Positions 9,292-17,957 of a stretch of DNA of 24,000 nucleotides are shown here, one piece after another. The stretch covers positions 22,546 through 46,545 of the forward strand of contig CAZGJX010000001.1 in NCBI GenBank assembly GCA_964525635.1, written 5' to 3'. Made by a program: the position numbers and the translations under genes. Below the pieces are notes generated by a model that did no database searches, was not told where the DNA came from, and saw nothing but the letters and a program-made list of their open reading frames with translations. The DNA comes from an uncultured archaeon. GTDB taxonomy: Archaea; Asgardarchaeota; Lokiarchaeia; Sigyniarchaeales; SOKP01. The number at the start of each line of letters is the position of its first letter. Positions within the stretch are counted from its first letter, which is position 1.

Positions 9292-10653
9292 CTATTTTTT
9301 TTTTCTATTTTTTTCTATTTGCTTCCAAAAATAGATAATTGTTATTTTATACCAAATTATTAAAATGGGTATAATTAATAAAAGAGAAATCAGAATATTA
9401 TAGGGTATTTTAATAATTTTTAGATCTAATTCGGTAAGAGGTAATTCCATTATATAAATATCAATAAAAAATAATAATAAAATCATCACTATAAATAAAG
9501 CAATGATATGAAGTGATATATCTATAATCCTAGGAAATAGATAAAAGAGAAGAATATAAACAATTGCAATCAAAATAACTATAACTATAATTATTGGTAG
9601 ATCTAAAGTGTTCATTGTCCAGCGTATTAGTAATGTCGTTATTATTGATAATAACCCACAAACAAAAGAGAGAATATAGAATTTTTTTACTAATTCAGGT
9701 TCTGTTAATGGCCCTTTAGATAGGATTAATCTTGGCATTGTTAATAAAGCATTTTTTTCTTCAGAAGCTTTTATCCTATCATCCTTAAGAAGGATTATAT
9801 CATCTCTTGATTTATGAATCTCTTCACTTTCAAAAAAACCCCTTACAGAGGAGATATAATAAAAGCTATTAAAAACATGGATTAAAAGAGCAACAAATGC
9901 TATTATTTCTAATCCACCAAATAGGGCAATACATGCAATCATTGCACCCATAATAAGTGTTCCAATATCACCAGGAAATATCTTTGCAGGGTATTTATTG
10001 AAGAGGAAAAATGATATAATCACAGAAAAAGAAAGAACTGAAAATATTACGCCTGAATATGAATTTATTATTATACTACAAATGATCAAAAATCCAATAA
10101 CAATTAAGCATGTTCCCGATCCTTCACCATTATATCCCTCTAACATGTTTACTGTGTTAGAAAAAATCGTAACTATTAAGGGAATTAGAATAGGATATAA
10201 AATGTTTAATCTTAATTCTCCAATAATAGGAAAAATTGGATTTTTTATAGTGATAAAATCAAAGAAGTTGGCAAAAAAAATCAATATTCCCGTCAATAAA
10301 GTTAAAGCGATTTTATATCTTGATCTTAATCTAATTCTATCATCAATATATCCAATGCATCCAGATAGAAAAATTGTCAAGGTTACAATCAGAATTTCAT
10401 TGATAATTTCAGGAAAAAATATCAGTAAAAATAATGCTCCTCCTAAAAAACCAAAAAGCATTCCTAATCCTCCAGATTCAGCTATTTGTGGTTTTGAATT
10501 TTTATGAATATCAAGTCCTATATAACCTCTCTTTTTCATGAATTTAATAATAAAAGGCATTAGAAAATAGGTTAGTGCAAAACCTATGATAAATATAATT
10601 ATTAAAAAAACTATCTTTAATAGATTGAATTCATTAACTGAGAAACATATCAT
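9292..10653 (-). CDS. Glycosyltransferase family 4 GPT/MraY-like protein (UDP-GlcNAc:polyprenyl/dolichyl-phosphate GlcNAc-1-P transferase, AglH/Alg7-like)
   Basis: 453 aa polytopic protein; GYIDDRIRLRSRYKI, NTVNMLEGYNGEGSG, FPGDIGTLIMGA; HxxxxP N-terminal motif DIHKNSKPQIAESGG. Confidence 0.85.
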   Translation of the reverse strand: MICFSVNEFNLLKIVFLIIIFIIGFALTYFLMPFIIKFMKKRGYIGLDIHKNSKPQIAESGGLGMLFGFLGGALFLLIFFPEIINEILIVTLTIFLSGCIGYIDDRIRLRSRYKIALTLLTGILIFFANFFDFITIKNPIFPIIGELRLNILYPILIPLIVTIFSNTVNMLEGYNGEGSGTCLIVIGFLIICSIIINSYSGVIFSVLSFSVIISFFLFNKYPAKIFPGDIGTLIMGAMIACIALFGGLEIIAFVALLIHVFNSFYYISSVRGFFESEEIHKSRDDIILLKDDRIKASEEKNALLTMPRLILSKGPLTEPELVKKFYILSFVCGLLSIITTLLIRWTMNTLDLPIIIVIVILIAIVYILLFYLFPRIIDISLHIIALFIVMILLLFFIDIYIMELPLTELDLKIIKIPYNILISLLLIIPILIIWYKITIIYFWKQIEKNRKKK

Positions 10654-10726
10654 TTTAGATCATAAATTTAAATCAAAGTAATATATATAATTTTCAATAC
10701 AGAATAAAAATAAAATCTTCTTATTA

Positions 10727-11827
10727 TTATCCAAAATTAATTTTAACATAATTGAGACAAATTAAATTTGGATTATCGAATTTCTTTAATTTTTCTTTAA
10801 AATTCATAGTAAAACGTTCATTATTTGGTCCTTTCCTTAGAATTTGAACAGATCTCTTTACTATTCTATCAACATCTCTTATATGTTCCAATGGAAACCC
10901 ATTATTTCTAAGAAAATGTTCTTGCGGGGCAGTTTCACCAGGGAAAAATTCTATACTAGGAACATTCAATAAACTAGACTCTCTAACAATGGTTCCTCCT
11001 CCACTTATGACGAGTCCACTATAAAAACATAAATCATCCAGTTGGGGTAAATAACGCGTTATAATAAGATTTTTATTTTTTGAATAGTCCTTTAATTTAT
11101 TTTTTAAGAATATCTCTTGTTTTTCATTTCTAGCTAATAATAAATATTTATGATCAGGGTATTCATGATATAATGGTGAAAAGATTTTACTTAATAATGT
11201 TTCATTTGGATCAAGTTTATCAATAAAATAACATGCTGCTGATGGTTCTGTTCTCATAATTATATATTTACCCTTCTCTAGATCAAAATCATTAAGAATT
11301 TGATCATTTGGAGTAAATTCATTAAGCCATGCAATTTCATCTATACCATTATATCGAATAATTTTTTTTGGATCAGCATATAGTTCAATATACCATTCCT
11401 TGGGAATACAATTGGGTGTAATTACATTGTCAATAAAAGGAAATACTAGCTTACAAACAGGTATATTTCGGGGTTCATCATTATATCCAATAGAAGGTAT
11501 TTTTAATCCATAGGCAATTCTTACACCTTCAACAGAAGTAAAAGTGATAAAATGATCTGGAGAAAATCCCGTAACTAATGGTAGTAATCCTTTGAGACGT
11601 TCAATATGTAATTCTAATTTATCCTCCAATTTTTGCCCTCCATGAGCTCCAACCTTTTTATAATCTATATTGTGATCATTTAAAATTTGAAACGTAGAGT
11701 CATAATCTCTTGCTGTTATTAATAATTCAACTTCTTCCTCTTTCAACATTTTAAAAAGAGGATTAAACATTATGGCTGTTTTAGGTTGCTCCACATCTAT
11801 CCAGATCTTTTTACCAGAAAGACTCAT
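10727..11827 (-). CDS. DUF354 domain-containing protein (GT-B-like)
   Basis: 366 aa; KKIWIDVEQPKTAIMFNPLF, TARDYD.T..IL, VGAHGG, LVISGGGTIVRESSLLNVPSI. Confidence 0.82.
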   Translation of the reverse strand: MSLSGKKIWIDVEQPKTAIMFNPLFKMLKEEEVELLITARDYDSTFQILNDHNIDYKKVGAHGGQKLEDKLELHIERLKGLLPLVTGFSPDHFITFTSVEGVRIAYGLKIPSIGYNDEPRNIPVCKLVFPFIDNVITPNCIPKEWYIELYADPKKIIRYNGIDEIAWLNEFTPNDQILNDFDLEKGKYIIMRTEPSAACYFIDKLDPNETLLSKIFSPLYHEYPDHKYLLLARNEKQEIFLKNKLKDYSKNKNLIITRYLPQLDDLCFYSGLVISGGGTIVRESSLLNVPSIEFFPGETAPQEHFLRNNGFPLEHIRDVDRIVKRSVQILRKGPNNERFTMNFKEKLKKFDNPNLICLNYVKINFG

Positions 11828-12289
11828 TTTTAAAAGTAATAATTTATATTTTGAAAATAATAATTATTTGTTATATTAAAACTTAGTGAACCATAGGCCT
11901 TAGGAAATTGAATTTCATTCTTTTTCATGATACTGCTGTTAAGGTTTGGCTTGTATATCATAAAAAACCAATTCAATGTTTTAAAAACAATTATTCAATG
12001 ATGAATGAGATATAAAACAGAAAATGAAATTAATTATCAAATTTGATTTTCTATAATATTATAATTCTTTTTTCTAAGAAAGGAATATTGGGTTCTTCAG
12101 CAAATATTACATTACAACCTTATTATTTCTATTAGATCACTTATAAAAATATTATTTCATCTGTTTATTGAAATTTTATAAAATCTTATTATTATTTATA
12201 AAAATCAAAAAATCCTCACTCTTTAGGAATTTATCTTTTTATAATTCCTTTGGTATTATAATTTTATTCTTATCCTAATAATATATATT

Positions 12290-12916
12290 ATGAGTTCAGA
12301 ACAATTATTAAAAATTGGAGATGTTGCCACTCTCTTAGGGGTTACCACCCAAACTTTAAGAAATTGGGCGAATAACGGATATATGGATGCCATCATTGGA
12401 AAAGGAGGACATAGAAGATTTCGAAGGAGTGAAATCGAACGACTTATGGAACTGAAAGAACCAGAAGGTAACGTTAAGAAATGTCTTCTATATTGTAGAG
12501 TTTCTACATCCATTCAAAAAGATAATTTAGAGCGCCAACTAGAAAGACTTACATCCTTTGCTTTATCGAATGGCTTTATAATTGAAGGAATTTATAAAGA
12601 CATTGCCAGTGGAATGAATTTTAAAAGACGAGGGTTATTGAAGCTTTTAGATTATTGTCAAAAGCATCGTATAAACACAGTTGTTATAGAATATAAGGAC
12701 AGATTAGCAAGATTTGGAGTAGATTTGCTAAGAGAAATTTTAAATTCCTTTGGCACGGAATTAATGATTGTAAATGCTACAGATTCAGATTATAAGCAAG
12801 AAATAATTGATGATATGATTGCTATTATCATTCATTTTAGCAATCAACTGTACGGAAAGCGAAAGGGAAAGAATAAAGTAAATATAATAAAAAAAGAACT
12901 TTTAAAAGGGATATAA
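12290..12916 (+). CDS. tnpA: IS607-family serine recombinase/transposase TnpA
   Basis: 208 aa; MerR-like HTH (LKIGDVATLLGVTTQTLRNWANNGYM), serine resolvase catalytic YCRVST, IEYKDRLARFG. Confidence 0.95.
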   Translation: MSSEQLLKIGDVATLLGVTTQTLRNWANNGYMDAIIGKGGHRRFRRSEIERLMELKEPEGNVKKCLLYCRVSTSIQKDNLERQLERLTSFALSNGFIIEGIYKDIASGMNFKRRGLLKLLDYCQKHRINTVVIEYKDRLARFGVDLLREILNSFGTELMIVNATDSDYKQEIIDDMIAIIIHFSNQLYGKRKGKNKVNIIKKELLKGI

Positions 12917-12961
12917 AAAACGATTTTTTATTTAAATAAATACACATATAGAGAGTAGTAG

Positions 12962-14497
12962 ATGATACAAACTATTAAATTTCGACTGCATCCGACACTC
13001 TCACAAGAGCACCAATTACATGAAATCTTTACTATCTATAATAGAATCAAGCGAAAAGGTTATAATCTATTTTATGAAAAGAGAGATTTATTCTTTTCAG
13101 AAAATGCCGAGGTCAGAAAAGAGTTAGATAAAGAAATACATCAGAAACTAATGAAGGTATGTCATAATAATCCTTATGTAAATAGCATTCGTATTGATTG
13201 TAAGAATAAGTTAACTCAACAACAAACATGGTTGGAGAAGCGAGAAACTTATCTTACTCATCAGATAACGACTATTTTGGAGAAGATTGAACAAATAAAA
13301 GAAATGGATAAAAAAGATAGACGATTAAAAGGGCTCTATTCTCGTCTATCCTCTGTCCAACTTAAATTAGCTACTCTTCACTTCAAATCTATTATATTTG
13401 GAACCAAACGATTGTTTCGAGAGCGAATTTTAAGGAAGCTTAGCAGAGAGGAATTTAGAATCAGGAGAGATTCTTCTTTTTGTTGCGTGGGAAAAAAGCA
13501 AGGTATTAATTTGAATTTAAAAGTCCTTCCCAATGCAACCCTACGGATTCGTACTTTTTCTAAGGAAAAAGAGAAAAAATGGTTAATTTTACCCTTTACG
13601 GTCAATTACACGCAAGGGAAATGGTTTAACGAAATCCTTAGATTAGAATTATATCAAGTAGAAATAATTAGGCGGTTCTATAAGGGAAATATTCGATATT
13701 TTGCTCATGTATCCTATGAAACTCCTGAGATGGAACCGATATATGGATTTGAACATGGGGCAGTCGGGCTTGACATGAATTATAACTTTGTTTCCCTTAG
13801 TAATATAGATAACCATGGAAATTTTAAGAGTTTTCATGGAATTCGTTTTAAGAATTTGCACTCATATCGTAAATACAAGCGTTTGGATTATATTAGCTAT
13901 AAAATGGATAAAGTGGTAAATTATTGCATTAATAAGAAGAAAGGACTAGTTGTTGAAGACCTTTCTTTTGAACATGAATTTTCTTATGGGAAAAAACGCA
14001 ATAGAAAATTAAGCAATTTTAAACTATCAGCATTAGAATTATTAGAACGAAAATGCTTTAAAAAATGGATTATGATAAAGAGAGTACATCCAGCATATAC
14101 CTCGTTAATTGGTAAATATAAATATTCACGATTATATAACTTATCTACTCATGTGTTAGCAAGTTATGTAATAGCTCGAAAAGGTTTAAGGATTAAGGAA
14201 GAGATTCCACCCAATTACAAGTGGGTGCTTGCACAAGTCGGGGACGTTATAAAGCCCCGTTTGAAACCAAGCAGTCCCTACCGCGATTGGGCTAAACTTC
14301 ACGACTTTTTCAAGTATAGCGGGATAACTTCCTTCAAGACTTCCGAAGTAATGATTAAAACATTACTAATGAAGCATGTCCTGAACTCGGTGACGAGCGA
14401 ACCGCCTGATAACCTTAAGGCGGGTCTTTCCCCCACAGGAAAGATTGATAATTGGAATAAATTTTGGAATTTTACAGAAATTACCAATTTTTTATAA
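12962..14497 (+). CDS. tnpB: TnpB-family RNA-guided nuclease-like protein (TnpB-related variant associated with IS607)
   Basis: 511 aa; RuvC-I AVGLDMNYNFVSL, RuvC-II KKKGLVVEDLSFE, then VHPAYTSLIGKYKY...LSTHVLASYVIARKGL. Confidence 0.88.
   Translation: MIQTIKFRLHPTLSQEHQLHEIFTIYNRIKRKGYNLFYEKRDLFFSENAEVRKELDKEIHQKLMKVCHNNPYVNSIRIDCKNKLTQQQTWLEKRETYLTHQITTILEKIEQIKEMDKKDRRLKGLYSRLSSVQLKLATLHFKSIIFGTKRLFRERILRKLSREEFRIRRDSSFCCVGKKQGINLNLKVLPNATLRIRTFSKEKEKKWLILPFTVNYTQGKWFNEILRLELYQVEIIRRFYKGNIRYFAHVSYETPEMEPIYGFEHGAVGLDMNYNFVSLSNIDNHGNFKSFHGIRFKNLHSYRKYKRLDYISYKMDKVVNYCINKKKGLVVEDLSFEHEFSYGKKRNRKLSNFKLSALELLERKCFKKWIMIKRVHPAYTSLIGKYKYSRLYNLSTHVLASYVIARKGLRIKEEIPPNYKWVLAQVGDVIKPRLKPSSPYRDWAKLHDFFKYSGITSFKTSEVMIKTLLMKHVLNSVTSEPPDNLKAGLSPTGKIDNWNKFWNFTEITNFL
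14221..14450 (+). ncRNA. Candidate omegaRNA/reRNA scaffold overlapping the tnpB 3' end
   Basis: GC-richer segment with stacked hairpins: CGGGG/CCCCG (14239-14243/14255-14259), AGTAATG/CATTACT (14347-14353/14361-14367), CTCG-GTGA-CGAG with GNRA loop (14386-14397), CCGCCT/AGGCGG (14402-14407/14418-14423). Confidence 0.6.
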
Positions 14498-14580
14498 ATA
14501 ATTTGAAGGTTAATTATAAAATCTATCTTTTAATATTATCTAGTTTTTTTTTATGAAAAATTAATAATTAAAAGAGAAAA

Positions 14581-14653
14581 TAGCCCGGCACGGACTCGAA
14601 CCGTGGTCACAGGGTTCAAAGCCCCGTATGCTTGGCCACTACACCACCGGGCT
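14581..14653 (-). tRNA. tRNA-Gln(UUG)
   Basis: Minus strand AGCCCGGTGGTGTAGTGGCCAAGCATACGGGGCTTTGAACCCTGTGACCACGGTTCGAGTCCGTGCCGGGCTA; 7-bp acceptor AGCCCGG/CCGGGCT, anticodon stem CGGGG/CCCTG (one G-U), loop CTTTGAA (anticodon TTG), T-arm CACGG-TTCGAGT-CCGTG. No intron, CCA not encoded. Confidence 0.95.
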
Positions 14654-14708
14654 AATATAGATATATTAGAATAATCTAAAGTTTTATTTACTATTAGTAT
14701 TAAATAGT

Positions 14709-15332
14709 TTATAGGTTAAAAGGTTTAAGATTTCTATTTAAAATTTCTTTATCTAAAAATTCTTGATTTTCTTTGAGGAATTGGATATCTTTCTCTTTTT
14801 CTCTATATTCGTCAGGTAACATCCTAGGAATTGAATCTTTAATTGGATACCACCTATTACAGTTATTACATAAAATCAATCCTGTCTTAATCTCTATCTC
14901 AATTTTTATTCTATTTAGAAAATTCAATTCTGGTAATATTTTTTCAATTTCATTTAAATTTGAATAATCTCTAAATTGAAGTATCTTTTCTTTTATTTTT
15001 GTTTTTACCATATCAATACATTCCTTACTTAGATTAAAAGAAGAGTTATCACTAATAAAATCAAATTCTTCTACACTAGAGATTATAAATTTTATATAAT
15101 CATCAATTCTGATTTTCTCTATGACAATATTATCTCTAATATAAATTTGATCATCCTCTTTCGTCCATTCAGGTATTTTTTCTTTTATATGATATTTAAT
15201 ATCCGTTTTGATATATTTATCTAAAAGATTTTTAAAAAAATCCTCATCTGATTCATAAGTAAAAATAAATAAATTTAAAGGATAATGTTTACAAATCGGA
15301 CATGCTAAAATATCAAAAAGCCAAGGCTTCAT
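14709..15332 (-). CDS. Trm112-like zinc-ribbon protein
   Basis: 207 aa; N-terminal MKPWLFDILACPICKHYPL and C-terminal GLILCNNCNRWYPIKDSIPRMLPDEYR, as in Trm112/YcaR family with a long insertion. Confidence 0.75.
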   Translation of the reverse strand: MKPWLFDILACPICKHYPLNLFIFTYESDEDFFKNLLDKYIKTDIKYHIKEKIPEWTKEDDQIYIRDNIVIEKIRIDDYIKFIISSVEEFDFISDNSSFNLSKECIDMVKTKIKEKILQFRDYSNLNEIEKILPELNFLNRIKIEIEIKTGLILCNNCNRWYPIKDSIPRMLPDEYREKEKDIQFLKENQEFLDKEILNRNLKPFNL

Positions 15333-15378
15333 GATTTTATTTTTTTTATTTTTTTTTTTATAAATAATGGAAAAAAAA

Positions 15379-17241
15379 TTATAATAAATAATTTCTCAAT
15401 TGTTGGATATATCTGTCAATAGTTCTATCTATTTTTCTTCTTCGTTTCAAGAAATCTCCAGATAATTTTTCAAAAGCAACCCTTGAAGGTAATTTTCCCT
15501 TTTTATATCTTGATTCTAATAATTTCAATCCATCTTCAACAGTCTGCCGTTCAGCTTCTAAGACTTCTAATTTTTGAACTATATTTTCAAAAGTCTCTCC
15601 AATTTCAATTAAAATTTTCTTGAATGGTTTTATTTCATCTTCGATAACTTTAATTTTTGACTCATTTTTATCAACAAGATTTCTATATTTCTTTTTCGGT
15701 AATTTTCTCCGTATTAAGTCTTCTTCTGCTTTTCTTATTTCAAGAACTAATGCATTCTTCTCCTCATACAATGAACAAAATTCACGGATCTCATTTTGTG
15801 GGAGCATTTCTTTCTTAATTATAGGTAATACCCCTCTTTCTTTTTTCTTCTTTACATATACAATATATACTGCGGATATAAGTGTTATTGTAAGCATAAA
15901 AATAATAGGTCTTAACAGCAAATCAAATAAATCTATTGTATAGGTGATTAAGATTGGATGTTTATCTGAGGATACTACATCTATATCTTCATAAATTAGT
16001 ATAGTCTTTCCTTGAGATTCATATATCCCCTCTGGAGTAGCAGAAATAGAATCGATACTATAACATCCATCAATTATAATTTTAGTTGTTTGTTCTCGTA
16101 TTATAAAATCAGCATAAGTTGGATAAATGTTCATTTTAATTGATTGTTGGAACCAATTGATAGATAGATAATCTCTTAAATTCAAGGTATATTTTAAAAT
16201 AAAATTTCCTATATCATATTGGTCAAGTACTACTCTGTTCTTTGCAAAACTGACATTAACTGATTTGATACTATCCTGCTTAGCTATTTTATTTCCTTTA
16301 AGCTGACCTAAATCATCATATATTTCTATATTATTAGCACTTAGAGGAACAAATAAAGGGAATCCCGGTAATGGAATATAATCTAAATTTATTATAGAAA
16401 AAGCTTCTTTTACAATTAAAGTCCCCCATGGTGAGATTGAAATTTCTCGATTTAAACTTATTACTTCTACTATAAGTGTATATTTATCTATAAATTTGAA
16501 TTTGGATATTGCCTCACTACCTAGATTTTCTGCAAAAGGAGCTAAGTAAGATTTTGAATATGTTAATATGTTTTCTGATGAGTTGGATGCCCAATCAGAA
16601 ATTGTTACGTGTGTTCCTGACAATAATAATTTATATTCAGCAGTTAATGCTCCTTCAGCTCTATAGGGTAATGATGGAAAAATATATGATTTGTAATATA
16701 CATTAAATTTTATTCCTTTTTCTTGTTGCGCATAGCGCGCTACTTCATAATTACAAAGAGCTATAAAAGTTTGCCAAAATCTAACTGTTTTAGTCTGATA
16801 TGGTTGTAAAGGTGAACTAAAATAAACCGAAATCATTTCAAACTCATGTCCTTTTGAATTCGATGATATTAATCCCTTTCTCTCACAATATAGGTTATTT
16901 TTTAATTCACCCATAGCTTTGAAATTAACTAGCTTTTGAGTGATATTTAATGGGATTCCAATAAGAATTGAATTGATAGGATTATTATTTAAGTTTTTTA
17001 TATCTAACCTATCTTGTATAAAAACTAATCTCCCATCAGATATGTTTGCTACTCTGTGTATATGTGTTATAACAATATTTTCTGCTCCATCTAGACCTAT
17101 TGAACTTTTAGGAATATTACTGGGTTCTTCATTAATATTATTAACTCCATTTAAATTTGGTATCAAGGCACTAACTATAAAGATCATAAATAAGATTGTT
17201 AAGTATGAAATTAATTTTCTTTTTCTCAACATAATATCCAT
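15379..17241 (-). CDS. Membrane-anchored hypothetical protein with large extracytoplasmic region, C-terminal TM and coiled coil
   Basis: 620 aa; hydrophobic segment near the N-terminus (LISYLTILFMIFIVSALI), second TM LRPIIFMLTITLISAVYIVYV, then a charged coiled-coil tail. Confidence 0.7.
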   Translation of the reverse strand: MDIMLRKRKLISYLTILFMIFIVSALIPNLNGVNNINEEPSNIPKSSIGLDGAENIVITHIHRVANISDGRLVFIQDRLDIKNLNNNPINSILIGIPLNITQKLVNFKAMGELKNNLYCERKGLISSNSKGHEFEMISVYFSSPLQPYQTKTVRFWQTFIALCNYEVARYAQQEKGIKFNVYYKSYIFPSLPYRAEGALTAEYKLLLSGTHVTISDWASNSSENILTYSKSYLAPFAENLGSEAISKFKFIDKYTLIVEVISLNREISISPWGTLIVKEAFSIINLDYIPLPGFPLFVPLSANNIEIYDDLGQLKGNKIAKQDSIKSVNVSFAKNRVVLDQYDIGNFILKYTLNLRDYLSINWFQQSIKMNIYPTYADFIIREQTTKIIIDGCYSIDSISATPEGIYESQGKTILIYEDIDVVSSDKHPILITYTIDLFDLLLRPIIFMLTITLISAVYIVYVKKKKERGVLPIIKKEMLPQNEIREFCSLYEEKNALVLEIRKAEEDLIRRKLPKKKYRNLVDKNESKIKVIEDEIKPFKKILIEIGETFENIVQKLEVLEAERQTVEDGLKLLESRYKKGKLPSRVAFEKLSGDFLKRRRKIDRTIDRYIQQLRNYLL

Positions 17242-17393
17242 TTTGATATTTTAAAAAATATTAAATTATCATAAATTAATTAATACAACTTATAAAAATT
17301 TATTATAATTGAAGTTTAAGATTAATGAAAAATTTTTAAATGTTTTATAATATATCTATTAAATAACAGATAAACAATTAATTCTTCAAATAT

Positions 17394-17606
17394 ATGTCAA
17401 GTGGAAAACAATCAAGGAGAAAGAAAAGAAGATCAAGTACTAGTCCTATGCCCATGGGGGGTGCGGGATTGATGCGATTTTTTGAAGACTCTTCTATTGG
17501 TGTAAAAATTGGACCTATGGCAACATTAATATTTGCGATATCATTAGTTTTAATAGTAATCATGGCAAATGTTGGTGTTTTTGATTGGTTACTGACTCCA
17601 GGTTAA
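17394..17606 (+). CDS. Preprotein translocase subunit Sec61-beta (SecG of archaea)
   Basis: 70 aa; MSSGKQSRRKKRRSSTSPMPMGGAGLMRFFEDSSIGVKIGPMATLIFAISLVLIVIMANV, the typical archaeal Sec61-beta layout. Confidence 0.92.
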   Translation: MSSGKQSRRKKRRSSTSPMPMGGAGLMRFFEDSSIGVKIGPMATLIFAISLVLIVIMANVGVFDWLLTPG

Positions 17607-17645
17607 ATTTTTTTTTTAGTTATTAACATTTTATTTTGATTTAAA

Positions 17646-17948
17646 ATGAAAGTCAGTGAATTTCAACAATTGATAAAAGACCTTTATTTTCATCAAGATT
17701 TTGATAGAGGTATTGAGAAAAGCTTTCTATGGTTGGTGGAAGAGATAGGAGAATTAGCTTCAAATGTAAAATCAAAAATGATTAATAAAAAAGAAATTGG
17801 AGATGAAATGGCAGATATTGTTGCTTGGATTTGTTCTTTAGCTAATTTATTTGAAATTGAACTGGAAGAAGCATTATTTAGGAAATATCCAAATAAATGC
17901 ATAAAATGTGATTCTAATCCGTGTAGATGTAATCATTCAAAATTATAA
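17646..17948 (+). CDS. MazG-like nucleotide pyrophosphohydrolase
   Basis: 100 aa; SFLWLVEEIGELASNVKS...EIGDEMADIVAWICSLAN and C-terminal KYPNKCIKCDSNPCRC. Confidence 0.85.
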   Translation: MKVSEFQQLIKDLYFHQDFDRGIEKSFLWLVEEIGELASNVKSKMINKKEIGDEMADIVAWICSLANLFEIELEEALFRKYPNKCIKCDSNPCRCNHSKL

Positions 17949-17957
17949 TTAAAAATT

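Larger units (their letters stand above)
12225..14515 (+). mobile_element. IS607-type insertion element (tnpA-tnpB); outer boundaries approximate
   Basis: tnpA+tnpB pair in tandem; element orientation opposite to the neighbouring minus-strand genes; ends not resolvable from one copy. Confidence 0.75.

Noticed and set aside
9998-10507. 169-aa plus-strand ORF
   Set aside because: Antisense to the well-supported GPT/MraY-like gene; composition is explained by the opposite strand.
11828-12289. 460-bp gap between the DUF354 gene and tnpA as a possible hidden gene
   Set aside because: No sustained reading frame or recognisable peptide on either strand; most likely intergenic DNA plus the left end of the IS element.
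12256-12513. 85-aa minus-strand ORF over the tnpA start
   Set aside because: Antisense to the conserved HTH of tnpA; spurious.
13378-14487. Minus-strand ORFs inside tnpB (13378..13605, 13649..13861, 14299..14487)
   Set aside because: Antisense to tnpB and the candidate omegaRNA; no supported domain. The last one is an artefact of the GC-richer structured region.
14581-14653. Possible BHB intron in the tRNA-Gln gene
   Set aside because: All arms fold normally with a 7-nt anticodon loop and total length 73 nt; no intron.
15620-17254. Plus-strand ORFs 15620..15943, 16509..16706 and 16940..17254
   Set aside because: Antisense to the 620-aa gene or its start; no recognisable protein features.
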